Source of the DNA: Nitrospinaceae bacterium
GTDB taxonomy: Bacteria > Nitrospinota > Nitrospinia > Nitrospinales > VA-1
Assembly (NCBI GenBank): GCA_029261595.1
Contig: JAJDAZ010000036.1
Location: 12,852-76,851 of the forward strand
Reading direction: 5' to 3'
DNA: 64,000 bases
The notes beneath the pieces are model-generated. The model was not told where the DNA came from. It saw only the letters and a program-made list of their open reading frames with translations, and made no database searches. The stretch's first letter is position 1. Each line of letters begins with the position of its first letter. A program made the position numbers and the translations under genes. Of the stretch, positions 17,638-27,581 are shown in pieces.

Positions 17638-18858
17638 ATGCCTTTTTCGATAAAAAATCTTGTCTCAAAAAACAATGGCAACGGTCATAAGAAAAACGGC
17701 CAAACTCCGTTGAAGCTGGTGGGTCAAAAGCCAAAATACCTGACCCGGTCGGATCAAATACCGCAGTTGACTGCCGAGGAAAAAAAGCAACTGGAAGAGG
17801 TGAACGAAAAATTTGTTTTTCGCACCAACGATTATTACCAGTCCTTGATCGACTGGGATGACCCCAAGGACCCGATTCGAAGAATCGTCATGCCCGACGT
17901 GCAGGAGTTGGACGAATGGGGCCAGTTGGACGCGTCCAATGAAGAAAAATACACGAAAGTCAAAGGGCTTGAACACAAGTACACCTCCACGGCCCTGTTA
18001 CTGGTCAATGAAGTGTGCGCCGCCTACTGCCGGTTTTGTTTCCGCAAACGGCTGTTCATGAATGAAAATGACGAAGTGACCAAAGACGTCAGCGAAGGTT
18101 TGGACTACATTCGCAAACATAAGGAAATATCCAATGTCCTTTTGACCGGGGGCGACCCCCTGATCATGTCCACCAGCAAACTTCAGCCCATCATTCACAA
18201 GCTTCGGCAATTGGATCATGTAAAAATCATCCGGATTGGCACCAAAATCCCCGCCTTCAATCCTTTCAGGATTCTCAACGATCCTTCTCTCCTGGAAATG
18301 ATCGAAACGTACAGCCTTCCGGACAAAAAAATCTACATCATGGCGCATTTCAACCACCCCCGGGAATTGACGCCCAAAGCCATTGAGGGATTGAACCTGC
18401 TCATGAAAGCCGGCGCCATCGTCGTCAACCAAACCCCCTTGATAAGGGGAGTGAACGACGACCATAAAGTCCTTGCGGAACTGTTTAGCCAGTTATCCTT
18501 CATAGGAGTGCCGCCCTATTACGTCTTTTTGTGCCGGCCCACGTTGGGAAATGAAACTTATTCCGTTCCGGTGGAACAGGGCTACCAAATATTTGAACAC
18601 GCCAGGACCCTGTGTTCTGGGCTGGGAAAACGCGCCCGATTGGTCATGTCTCATGAAACCGGCAAGGTCGAAGTGGTGGGAATGACCGAAACCCAGATAT
18701 TTTTTAAATACATCCGGGCCGCTGTCGATGAAAATGGCGCCAAATTCATGGCATTCAACAAAAATCCTCAGGCTCTTTGGTTGGATGATTATGCGGAAGC
18801 GGAAGACGAGTTCCCCCTCGACGCCCTGCAACCCATGTCCGGCCTAGATAACAAGTGA
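17638..18858 (+). CDS. KamA-family radical SAM aminomutase (lysine 2,3-aminomutase-like)
   Basis: CAAYCRFCFRKR (CxxxCxxC) cluster, LTGGDPL, and GVPPYYVF..RP motifs typical of the KamA/EpmB/AblA family. 406 aa. Confidence 0.85.
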   Translation: MPFSIKNLVSKNNGNGHKKNGQTPLKLVGQKPKYLTRSDQIPQLTAEEKKQLEEVNEKFVFRTNDYYQSLIDWDDPKDPIRRIVMPDVQELDEWGQLDASNEEKYTKVKGLEHKYTSTALLLVNEVCAAYCRFCFRKRLFMNENDEVTKDVSEGLDYIRKHKEISNVLLTGGDPLIMSTSKLQPIIHKLRQLDHVKIIRIGTKIPAFNPFRILNDPSLLEMIETYSLPDKKIYIMAHFNHPRELTPKAIEGLNLLMKAGAIVVNQTPLIRGVNDDHKVLAELFSQLSFIGVPPYYVFLCRPTLGNETYSVPVEQGYQIFEHARTLCSGLGKRARLVMSHETGKVEVVGMTETQIFFKYIRAAVDENGAKFMAFNKNPQALWLDDYAEAEDEFPLDALQPMSGLDNK

Positions 18859-18895
18859 AGCAAAATATTTCGTCAACTGATTGGAGAGGCAGTGT

Positions 18896-19495
18896 ATGGC
18901 TCGATTGACCGGCAAGAATGTCCTATTCATCATCCCAAAAGATTATTACAACGAAGACGAACTGGACCCATTGATGGCAATCATGAAAGAGGAAGGAGCC
19001 CGTGTATTGGTCGCCTCATCAAAATTTAAAGATGCCGTGGGAATGAAAACCGGCACAATCATGCCGGATTTGTTGATTGTGGACGCAATGGAAGGAATCA
19101 TCGGCGACAGCTATGTGACAGGTGGAACGGGGACCCGCCAAATCATCGGAGTCTTTCACGGGGTTATTCTGATCGGCGGTAAAGGCGCCCGGAGTTATTT
19201 ATGGAAGGACCAATTGATCAGGCTGCTGATCGCAGACCGGCACCGAAGCGGGATGGTGGTCGGGGCCATAGGAATGGCGGTCCCCACGCTGGTGACGGCA
19301 GGCCTCGTTAACGATTTCGATGTCGCCGCGAGTAAGGACAAACACACCATCAAAGAACTTGAAAAGGCCAATGTGAAGATGTCAGAAAATGATGTCGCAG
19401 AATACAACCGGATTCTCACCGCCGAGGGAGAATCGGCAATCAAACCTTTCGCGGAACGGTTCATAGAAGAAGTGAGCCAAACCTCCATCAAATAA
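18896..19495 (+). CDS. DJ-1/PfpI-like domain protein lacking the nucleophile cysteine
   Basis: SD ggagagg before ATG 18896. The fold pattern KNVLFIIPKDYYNEDEL..VLVAS..VILIGGKGA..VVGAIGMAVPTL parallels the DJ-1/PfpI ..AICHGP.. elbow, but with Gly in place of Cys. Confidence 0.5.
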   Translation: MARLTGKNVLFIIPKDYYNEDELDPLMAIMKEEGARVLVASSKFKDAVGMKTGTIMPDLLIVDAMEGIIGDSYVTGGTGTRQIIGVFHGVILIGGKGARSYLWKDQLIRLLIADRHRSGMVVGAIGMAVPTLVTAGLVNDFDVAASKDKHTIKELEKANVKMSENDVAEYNRILTAEGESAIKPFAERFIEEVSQTSIK

Positions 19496-19517
19496 TAAAA
19501 AGGAAATGGCCAAAGGT

Positions 19518-19877
19518 CTAGAACCCGTCGGTGGATTCCTCTCTCTCCTTGGCCGCTTTAATAATTTTCATCCGCAGTTTTATCGCCCCATTCAAAGCTT
19601 TAACGACTTGATCGTTGGCATCCGGAAAATGAAGTTTCGCGTTGAACTCATCCAGAGAATGTTTATCTAAAACCTTGCCAAACGCTTCGTCTAAAAAGGG
19701 CCGGGTCATCTGCGCAATGCCCTCAAAATAAACAATTATTTTTTCATACTTGTCCCAGTTATCACAAATGAGATTGAGGATCGTATCTCCAGCAGGCGAG
19801 CCGTCCTCGGTCGTCCTGCCCGAGGGTGTGGACGTCTGCATGACATTGAACAAGTTAATTTTGAATTCACTTTCCAT
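19518..19877 (-). CDS. STAS-like DUF4325-type small protein
   Basis: 119 aa. The pattern ..KIIVYFEGIAQMTRPFLDEAFGKVL.. resembles DUF4325 (recognition from memory, unverified). Confidence 0.4.
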   Translation of the reverse strand: MESEFKINLFNVMQTSTPSGRTTEDGSPAGDTILNLICDNWDKYEKIIVYFEGIAQMTRPFLDEAFGKVLDKHSLDEFNAKLHFPDANDQVVKALNGAIKLRMKIIKAAKEREESTDGF

Positions 19878-19944
19878 TATTTTCCATCCTAAGTATTAAG
19901 GAAATCGTTTTTAAAGGCACATTTCCTCCCACAGTTAAAAAAAA

Positions 19945-20439
19945 TTACCGGGTTTCAATCCTGACTTTGGTCATCTCAATGCGTTGGTTCGGATTGTCAT
20001 TTCCATCCCTTGGTGAGTTGACAATTTTATCGGCCACATCCATCCCGTTTAGGACTTCACCAAAGACAGTGTATTGCCCGTCCAAAAAATGCGCGTCTTT
20101 GACTACGATATAAAATTGTGACCCGGCGCTGTTGGGGTCCTGCGACCTGGCCATGGACAAAATTCCACGATCGTGTTGGGTGTCATTGAATTCCGCGTCG
20201 ATCGAGTAACCCGGCCCTCCCGTTCCATGACTGGATTTGTCTGAACTCTTGGAATTCGGGTCTCCGCCCTGAATCATGAAACCAGGGATCACGCGATGAA
20301 ATATAGTGCCATTATAAAATCCCTTCTGGGCCAAATCCTTGAAATTTTTGACATGGCCTGGAGCTTTATCCGGGAAGAAAGCCACCTCTATAGTTCCCAG
20401 GGTGGTTTCTATTACCGCAACCTCATTTTGATCCGACAT
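19945..20439 (-). CDS. ppiB: cyclophilin-type peptidyl-prolyl cis-trans isomerase, cytoplasmic
   Basis: FHRVIPGFMIQGGDP, SMARS..PNSAGSQFYIV, YTVFGEV motifs. No signal peptide. Confidence 0.9.
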   Translation of the reverse strand: MSDQNEVAVIETTLGTIEVAFFPDKAPGHVKNFKDLAQKGFYNGTIFHRVIPGFMIQGGDPNSKSSDKSSHGTGGPGYSIDAEFNDTQHDRGILSMARSQDPNSAGSQFYIVVKDAHFLDGQYTVFGEVLNGMDVADKIVNSPRDGNDNPNQRIEMTKVRIETR

Positions 20440-20681
20440 AAAATAAACACCTCATAAAATTTTCAGAACCAGCATAACGCTGGGGGAAATATTCACAATC
20501 GATGGGTTTATGACTGGTTAAAAAATTCCCATCGTGCACAATTTTTCAGATATTTTAACCCGTAAATTTGAGGGCTCGTGAACAAGCTCACCCTACGCAG
20601 AGGGCGCAAGTCTACTCACACCTTGTAACATATTTTGGACCTCGCTTAGCGTCAGGCCCACTTCTCCTCCCGCTTAGCGGG

Positions 20682-21236
20682 CTATCTTTTTTTGATCGTC
20701 ACCCGCTTCATTTCAATTCTCTCATTCGGATTGTCCCTGCCATCCCTGGGCGCATTGACGATCTGGTCCGCCACATCCATTCCCTTGGTCACTTTGCCAA
20801 AAACGGTGTATTTTCCGTCCAGAAAGTTGGAGTCTTTAACCACGATAAAAAACTGCGAACCTGCGCTGTCCGGGTGACCGGAACGGGCCATGGAAACGAT
20901 TCCCCGTTTGTGCGGAACGTCATTGAACTCGGCCTTGATGGTGTAGCCGGGGTCGCCCATACCGTGTTTGGATTTATCGGGGTCCTTGGAATTCGGGTCC
21001 CCTCCCTGGATCATGAACCCGGGAAGGACCCGGTGAAACGTCGTGCCGTCATAAAACTTCTTATTAGCCAGGTCCTTGAAGTTTTTGACATGGCCGGGGG
21101 CTTTATCATCCATGAAAGAGATTTCGATGGTCCCTTTGGTGGTTTCAATGACGGCCACGTCCCCCGCATGAACCCAGGTGCTCATCCCAAAAACTCCAAA
21201 TACAACAATGACGGTTATTTGCAAAAGTTTATTCAT
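20682..21236 (-). CDS. ppiA: cyclophilin-type peptidyl-prolyl cis-trans isomerase, periplasmic
   Basis: Start at the internal Met gives signal peptide MNKLLQITVIVVFGVFGMSTWVHA. FHRVLPGFMIQGGDP, SGHPDSAGSQFFIV, YTVFGKV. Paralogue of the neighbouring gene. Confidence 0.9.
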   Translation of the reverse strand: MNKLLQITVIVVFGVFGMSTWVHAGDVAVIETTKGTIEISFMDDKAPGHVKNFKDLANKKFYDGTTFHRVLPGFMIQGGDPNSKDPDKSKHGMGDPGYTIKAEFNDVPHKRGIVSMARSGHPDSAGSQFFIVVKDSNFLDGKYTVFGKVTKGMDVADQIVNAPRDGRDNPNERIEMKRVTIKKR

Positions 21237-21471
21237 GGTTCTCCCCGAAAAAAATTCGATTAAAAATTCCGACCCCTGAAACGGGGACAATTGCATAACG
21301 TCAAGCCGCAAGAAGTGATAAACTCCTTATCATAAAAACACCCAAGAGCTTGCATTTAATCAGATTAATCCAACCTCGGTCGGCTGAGCAAGGAAATCTT
21401 TTGAATTAAGTAAAAGAAGTGAACGATTTTAGAAAATAGCGGCATGAAAGTCAAACCAGCGTCCCGGAATA

Positions 21472-23541
21472 ATGAAACTTAAAAACAGTTTCCTGTTGTT
21501 TAATTATCTGCTGACGGCGATGGCGTTGTATTGCCTGTATTTGAGCCGGGTATTTCCGCCGTGGACCGGGATCTTTTTGGCCCTGGGGCTGGGGTCCTGC
21601 CTCGTATTGGAATACCAAAAGATCATTCCTTTAGAGCCTCCGCTGAAAATTTTATCCTCCAGTTGGGGGCTGCTCGCCCTGCCCCTGCTTTATTTTGGGC
21701 TGGACCTCCCCTTGCTTGAATTACTGGTATGGATCCTGGTATTCCTCCAGTTTTCGCGTTTGGTCTTCAAAACGGAACTCAATGATTATCTTTTTGGCTT
21801 CTTGATTTCACTGATGTGCCTGCTCGTCGGCGCGATGGTCGCGCAAGGCCTGCAGTTTGCCTTCCTGCTCCTCACCTTTTATCTGGTCCTTTCCTGGGCG
21901 CTCATCACCTACAACATGATGGCGGAGCCGGTGGGAAGTCACAGTCCGCCCGCCCTGTTCAAACAGGTTGGAGAAAAAGAATTGCTGGGCGGACGCCTGT
22001 TCGGTTTTTCCACAGGGATGATGCTCCTGGGGCTTGTATTGACGACGCTGATTTTTTCCAGTTTTCCCCGCCTGGGCATGGGAGGGGCCCTGTCAGACCC
22101 CGGATCGCCGGTCAGCGGATTTTCAGAATCCGTCCAGCTGGGCGATGTGGGCCGGATAAAACAAAATTCCGCAGTGGTCATGCGTATCGAGTTCGAACAC
22201 GACGGAAAAACTCACCGGCCTTCCCAGCCGGTCTACTGGCGTGGCGTGGTTCTGGACCATTTCAATGGCAATGCCTGGTTTTCAACGGTGGGGCCCAAAT
22301 GGAGGTTCAGCAACCTGCCCGGTGTCGGAACACAACTGTTCCCGTTTGATCCCAATTCCGGCGTGGTGCAACAAAAAATATTTATGGATGAGTTTGACTC
22401 CAGCGTCATCTTCACTCAAGGACGCCCGTTGTTCGTTGACGGGGGTTTTCAAAGTTTTCAGGTGGACAAAAGTTTCTCCTTTAAATCTCTGGACCGGAAT
22501 CACCGTTCAAAAACGGTGACCTTGGTTTCCGATGTCTCCGCCTCGCGGGCCAACCCGGCTCAAAGGGTATGGGACCGAAACACCCAACCCATGCTGAAAA
22601 AGTTTCTCCAGCTGCCCGCCATGGGTCCTAAAATCGCTGAACTGGCTGACAAACTGACCCATAACGCCACCAGCCAGGAAGAAATAGCCAACCAAATCCT
22701 GCATCACCTGCGAACTGGGTTTGGATATACCCTGGAGCTTGCGCAAGATCCGCGGAAAACATCCCTCGAACATTTCCTGTTCACCCGGAAAAAAGGCCAC
22801 TGCGAGTATTTTGCGTCTTCCATGGTGGTGCTGTTGCGTTTGGCCGGGGTTCCCGCCCGTCTGGTGAACGGCTTTGTCGGGCTGGAGTGGAACGATCTGG
22901 GGCAATACATGGTAGTCCGCCAGCATCATGCCCATTCCTGGGTCGAGGTGCACCTACCGAAAAAAGGCTGGGTCATTTACGACCCCACCCCCTCCGACCC
23001 TTTATTATCTCAAAGCCTATTTAATGACCCGATGAGCCGCACCCTGGATCTATTACGCTTGAACTGGCAAAGATACATTCTGCAATATTCCGGCAACGAC
23101 CAGGCCGTTCTTTTAACTCACCTGCAATCCACCGGAGAACAAACTTTTAATTCCCTCAAAGGTCTGGGATCACTTGAAGTCGAGCCTATAAAAATCTTTA
23201 TTATGGATAACTTGGGGGTTCTTTTGGTGCTCCTGGGTTTGGCCGGGGTGCTGGTGTCAAAACGGGGCGGCCTTCATAATTTCCGGTGGCCTTTTGACCC
23301 GCGTTCCGACTTTCCCGTGTGGCTGTACCGGAAAATGTTGAAGAAATTAAACGGCCTTGGAATCCGCAAGCAACCCTGCTGGACCCCCAGAGAATTTCTG
23401 CAACAACTCCCCCAACTCCCCGACGGCAAGTGGGAGTCTGTCCAGACCATTACAGACTATTACGAAAAAACCCGCTTCGGTCCCTCCCCGATACTGGCAA
23501 CAGAAAAAAAAGAATTGCTGAATCACTTGCGGAAAATATAA
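21472..23541 (+). CDS. transglutaminase-like membrane protein (TgpA/DUF3488-type)
   Basis: About six N-terminal TM helices. Transglutaminase core GHCEYFASSMVVLLRLAGVPARLVNGF, HAHSWVEV, YDPTP (Cys-His-Asp). One C-terminal TM helix. Confidence 0.85.
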   Translation: MKLKNSFLLFNYLLTAMALYCLYLSRVFPPWTGIFLALGLGSCLVLEYQKIIPLEPPLKILSSSWGLLALPLLYFGLDLPLLELLVWILVFLQFSRLVFKTELNDYLFGFLISLMCLLVGAMVAQGLQFAFLLLTFYLVLSWALITYNMMAEPVGSHSPPALFKQVGEKELLGGRLFGFSTGMMLLGLVLTTLIFSSFPRLGMGGALSDPGSPVSGFSESVQLGDVGRIKQNSAVVMRIEFEHDGKTHRPSQPVYWRGVVLDHFNGNAWFSTVGPKWRFSNLPGVGTQLFPFDPNSGVVQQKIFMDEFDSSVIFTQGRPLFVDGGFQSFQVDKSFSFKSLDRNHRSKTVTLVSDVSASRANPAQRVWDRNTQPMLKKFLQLPAMGPKIAELADKLTHNATSQEEIANQILHHLRTGFGYTLELAQDPRKTSLEHFLFTRKKGHCEYFASSMVVLLRLAGVPARLVNGFVGLEWNDLGQYMVVRQHHAHSWVEVHLPKKGWVIYDPTPSDPLLSQSLFNDPMSRTLDLLRLNWQRYILQYSGNDQAVLLTHLQSTGEQTFNSLKGLGSLEVEPIKIFIMDNLGVLLVLLGLAGVLVSKRGGLHNFRWPFDPRSDFPVWLYRKMLKKLNGLGIRKQPCWTPREFLQQLPQLPDGKWESVQTITDYYEKTRFGPSPILATEKKELLNHLRKI

Positions 23542-23600
23542 TTCCATAATTGAATCAGCCCTTATTGTTTTAACGATACCCCGATTTCCGCCCCGGCTTT

Positions 23601-25988
23601 TTATGGGTTATCCCTGGCCATTGCTTTTTCCAAATTGGTGCGGGCGGAAGCGTGTTTCGGGTTGATGGCCAAAGCCGCCCGGAATTCGGTCTCGGCTTTC
23701 GCTAAACGTCCTGTTTTCCCGTAAAGGATCCCCAACTGATTATGAAATTCCGCTTTCCCGGAATCGATCTCCAGGGCGGTCTTGAATTCCGATTCCGCCT
23801 CCTCGTAACGGCCCTTTTCCACATAAACCACTGCCAGGTAAAAATGCGATTGGGCCCGGGCGGGATCTTCTTTGATAACTCGGATCAACTGGCGCTCGGC
23901 ATCCTCCAGACGGTTGATCTCGTAATAAAGAACGCCAAGCTTATAACGGGCGAGGTGGTATTTGGGGTTGAGGTTTAATAACACGTTAAAAACTTCTTCG
24001 GCTTTTTTCCATTTTCCGCGCCGGTAATAGAGTTGGGCCAGATTAAATTGAGCGGCCTGGAATTCTGGATCGATTTCCAGGGCTTTTTTGTAAGCGTTCT
24101 CGGCATTCCCCAGTTGCCCGGCTTTGAAATAAGATAATCCTAAGTTGTTGTAGGCGGGTGCAAAAAAAGGATCTAATTTTAAAGCGGTTTTAAAATTTTC
24201 AATGGCTTTTTCGGACAGGCCCATATCATGATAAACGAGCCCCAGATTGTCATAGGCTTCCAAATATTCCGGTTTGATTGTTAGAGCATACTTCAACATT
24301 CGTTCCGCGTCTTTAAGTCGTCCTGTTTCAATATAAATTATTCCCAGATTGTTAAGTGACGGGATGTATCTGGAGTCAATATTCAGAGCATTTTGGAAGG
24401 CCTTTTCAGCAATTTCGAATTGGCCTCTTTTTGCATAAATCAGCCCCAGACTGTTGTGGGCCTGGTAATTTTTCGGATTGCTCCTTATAGCGGCGTTAAA
24501 TACTTCTTCCGCCTTTTTAATTGCATTTTTCTTATTATAAATCCATCCTAAATTATAATTTGCCTGAGAGTCGTCCGGGTTGATACGCAAAGCTTTTTTG
24601 AACTCAGTTTCCGCATTTTCAAGCAACCCCTTTTGCTTGTAAAAATCGCCCAAACCCACATGGGCAAAACTGATTTGGTTGGGGAATTGACCTATAAGAT
24701 ATTTCCAAAATGATTCGCCGTTCTTCCAAACCTGGACTTGTTGAATCGTCAACAAACTCAGGCAGGTCATAACCGCTAAAACAAGAATAAGCGACCCGAT
24801 TTTAGAAGGGCTTTTAAATTTCCTGAGGGGGCTTTTTTCCCATTCCCATAAGATCCCTCCACCGATCAGAAAATAAATGCTCAACGTAGGAAGGTAGGTA
24901 TAACGATCCGCCGCTCCCTGAAGCCCGACCTGGAAAATTCCGATGACGGGGAAAATGGTTATCAGGTAATAAAGCCAGGCCACCCCCCAGAACTTTTGCT
25001 TTTTGCCCCACATCCGGACGCAAAAATAAGTTACCGCAAAAACCAAAAGAGCTGACACCGCAACGGAAACACTGGTCAAGGTCAAGTTTTTTGGAAACGG
25101 ATAAAAGGGCACCAACCGGCCTGGCCAAAGGGTTTGCTCCATGTAAAACATGAGAGTCCGGATGGCGTTTAAAATCCTTTCGTCCAGCGCGTATTCCTCG
25201 AAAGACTTGACCGCACCGCCAGCGTTTTGGGCCAAAAAAGTCAGGATGGCTGAAATCAGGCTGAAGGCAAAAAAGGGCAGCTTCTCCAGAACCAGGAAGG
25301 ATGGCTTTTCCTGCCCCCAAAAACGGTTCAAGGGATAAACATCCAGGAGAAAAAGCACCAGCGGGAGTGTCACCGCCATGGGTTTGGACAGGAGGGCCAA
25401 AATAAAACATAACATCGCCAGCAGGTAACCCCTGCGGCGGGTTCCGGGTGTTTCGGCGGTTGCGTAAAAAAGATAGACCAGCAAAGTGGAAAGGAAAAAG
25501 AAACCACACAGCAGATCTTTGCGTTCCGAGACCCAGGCGACGGATTCCACGCGCAGGGGATGCAACCCGAAGAGTAAAGCGGTCACACTGGCGCTGATCC
25601 AAAGGAATTCCGTCGGGAGCCTATCCTGCCAAACTTTCCTCATCATCGTGACGAACAAAAGAAAAACCAACCCCGTGTTCAAACCATGCAGAATGATATT
25701 TGTGAGATGGTGGCCCCAGGGACTCAATTCATAAAACCGGTAATCCAGGGCGTGGGAAAACCAGGTCAAGGGATGCCAGTTGGCGGAATGAAACTCCGTG
25801 GCCATCTTCTTTAAATGGACCCAGTCCAGGGATTGGATCATTGGGTTTTCATATACATAAAACGGATCATCCCAATTCAAAAACTCAAGATCCAGGGCTC
25901 CCTGAAAAACCGCAAGAACCGTAAGAAAGATGGCAAAAAGATAGAAGAAACAGGGAGGCAGGATATTTAGGGTTTTCTCAAATTTCAT
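23601..25988 (-). CDS. TMTC-like polytopic membrane protein (DUF1736-type GT-C fold) with a long C-terminal TPR array
   Basis: N-terminal motifs FLNWDDP, NWHPLTWFSHALDY, GHHLTNIILH, HPLRVESVAWVSERKD, SKPMAVTLPLVL, ADRYTYLP, followed by about 10 TPR units (..AYNNLGL.Y...G....A...). Confidence 0.8.
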   Translation of the reverse strand: MKFEKTLNILPPCFFYLFAIFLTVLAVFQGALDLEFLNWDDPFYVYENPMIQSLDWVHLKKMATEFHSANWHPLTWFSHALDYRFYELSPWGHHLTNIILHGLNTGLVFLLFVTMMRKVWQDRLPTEFLWISASVTALLFGLHPLRVESVAWVSERKDLLCGFFFLSTLLVYLFYATAETPGTRRRGYLLAMLCFILALLSKPMAVTLPLVLFLLDVYPLNRFWGQEKPSFLVLEKLPFFAFSLISAILTFLAQNAGGAVKSFEEYALDERILNAIRTLMFYMEQTLWPGRLVPFYPFPKNLTLTSVSVAVSALLVFAVTYFCVRMWGKKQKFWGVAWLYYLITIFPVIGIFQVGLQGAADRYTYLPTLSIYFLIGGGILWEWEKSPLRKFKSPSKIGSLILVLAVMTCLSLLTIQQVQVWKNGESFWKYLIGQFPNQISFAHVGLGDFYKQKGLLENAETEFKKALRINPDDSQANYNLGWIYNKKNAIKKAEEVFNAAIRSNPKNYQAHNSLGLIYAKRGQFEIAEKAFQNALNIDSRYIPSLNNLGIIYIETGRLKDAERMLKYALTIKPEYLEAYDNLGLVYHDMGLSEKAIENFKTALKLDPFFAPAYNNLGLSYFKAGQLGNAENAYKKALEIDPEFQAAQFNLAQLYYRRGKWKKAEEVFNVLLNLNPKYHLARYKLGVLYYEINRLEDAERQLIRVIKEDPARAQSHFYLAVVYVEKGRYEEAESEFKTALEIDSGKAEFHNQLGILYGKTGRLAKAETEFRAALAINPKHASARTNLEKAMARDNP

Positions 25989-26260
25989 CCGAATGGGGAA
26001 ATTTCATGAAAAGGGAATCTGGTTATTCAGAAACTGCGGGAAATTGTCGCACAAATATCAAATATTTACGCGGATTCTAAGCAAAGACTTGAACAAATAC
26101 AAGTGAGACGGGATTCAGTTTGACGAACGGTCAATACACGACCCTGCGCATGAAAAAAAAATGCAACATTAATTGCAACTATTGCAATTTTATCCTATAA
26201 CAGCATGAGCAGCTCAAAAATGAAAAAATTGCCCTCATTTATTTATGATCTGGAGACAGA

Positions 26261-27580
26261 ATGGACCCGAAATCCTCAAAGTATCTCAATAAGGCCATCA
26301 ACGTATTGAATGAAGCGGTCTTCGTCTATGACGAAAATATGCGCATCAAGTATTTCAATGCCGCCGCCGAGGCGATCACCGGCCACCGCAAAGAGGATGT
26401 CATTGGAAAAAAATGCGTCTCCCTTTTTGATCAGAGTGTTTGCTTAAATAATTGCGCCCTCTGCCAGACGGTAAAAAATGATCCGTCGCAGGGGACGGTG
26501 CGGTTTCAGTCTCCCTTCATTCGCAAGGACGGGGTCAAACGGTCGGGAGAATTTCAGGCGGGGCTGTTAAAGCGGGAGAAAAATGGCGCCGTAGAAGTGC
26601 TGGTGGCCTTGACCGACACCACCGAGATGACCCACCTGAAAGAAAAGCTCAGTTTCTCTTTCAGAAACATCGTCGGCAAAAATCATCTGATGCAGGAATT
26701 GTTTCGCACCATCCGCAATATTGCCGAGTTCGACACCACCGTTCTCATTCAGGGAGAAAGCGGAACGGGAAAAGAACTGGTCGCCAAAGCCATCCACTCC
26801 GAGAGCCCCCGCGCCGGCGGAAAGCTGGTCACCGTGAATTGTTCGGCCTTTTCAGAAGATCTTTTGGAAAGCGAGTTGTTCGGCCACGCCAAGGGAGCAT
26901 TCACCGGAGCGGTCAAGGACCGTATCGGACGATTTGAAGAAGCCAATGGCGGAACCCTCTTTCTCGATGAAGTGGGAGACCTATCAGCCAGGGTGCAGGT
27001 CAAATTACTGCGGGTCATTCAGGAGAAAGAGGTCCAGCGGGTCGGGGAAAACGTCACCCGGAAAGTCGACATCCGGATCATCGCCGCCACCCATAAAGAC
27101 CTGCAAAAAGAAGTTCGCGAACGCCGCTTTCGGGAAGACCTGTATTACCGGTTGCACGTGGTCCCCGTGCAACTGCCGCCTTTAAGATTGAGGAAAGATG
27201 ACATTGCTCCGCTGTCGAAGCACTTTATAAAAATCTGGACCAAAGCGAATAAAAAAACCATCGACAGAATTTCCAACTCCGCGTTGGGAAGGCTGATGGA
27301 TTACGATTGGCCGGGCAATGTCCGGGAACTGGAAAACGCCATCGAACATGCGGCCGTCAAATGCTCGCGAAAGATTATCGAAGAACAGGACCTTCCCATT
27401 TACGTTTCACCAACTCCGCAAAAGAGCGAAAAAAGCTGGAAACGAAACCGCGTCTCACGCGACATGGTTTTACAGGCATTAGCCGAAACGGGCAATAACC
27501 AGACGCAGGCCGCAAGGCTTCTCAATATCCACCGGATCACCTTGTGGCGAAAAATACAGGCTTTTAATATTGGAGTGTAA
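26261..27580 (+). CDS. sigma-54-dependent transcriptional activator with an N-terminal Cys-rich PAS domain
   Basis: PAS (..VFVYDENMRIKYFNAAAEAITG..), AAA+ module GESGTGKE / ESELFGH / GAFTGA / TLFLDEV, C-terminal HTH QTQAARLLNIHRITLWRKI. Confidence 0.9.
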   Translation: MDPKSSKYLNKAINVLNEAVFVYDENMRIKYFNAAAEAITGHRKEDVIGKKCVSLFDQSVCLNNCALCQTVKNDPSQGTVRFQSPFIRKDGVKRSGEFQAGLLKREKNGAVEVLVALTDTTEMTHLKEKLSFSFRNIVGKNHLMQELFRTIRNIAEFDTTVLIQGESGTGKELVAKAIHSESPRAGGKLVTVNCSAFSEDLLESELFGHAKGAFTGAVKDRIGRFEEANGGTLFLDEVGDLSARVQVKLLRVIQEKEVQRVGENVTRKVDIRIIAATHKDLQKEVRERRFREDLYYRLHVVPVQLPPLRLRKDDIAPLSKHFIKIWTKANKKTIDRISNSALGRLMDYDWPGNVRELENAIEHAAVKCSRKIIEEQDLPIYVSPTPQKSEKSWKRNRVSRDMVLQALAETGNNQTQAARLLNIHRITLWRKIQAFNIGV

Positions 27581-27581
27581 A

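Noticed and set aside
20568-21263. 231-aa plus-strand ORF
   Set aside because: It lies entirely antisense to the well-supported periplasmic cyclophilin gene. It has no motifs and a low-complexity composition typical of a shadow ORF.
24814-25602. 262-aa minus-strand ORF in an alternative frame of the TMTC-like gene
   Set aside because: Same strand but a different frame from a gene with strong family motifs. R/G/P-rich nonsense-like sequence.
26173-26201. TTGCAA repeats upstream of the activator gene as dedicated regulator sites
   Set aside because: Not fully rejected but down-weighted. TTGCAA-N17-TATAAC also fits an ordinary sigma-70 promoter, so the motif similarity to the nirK region may be partly coincidental.
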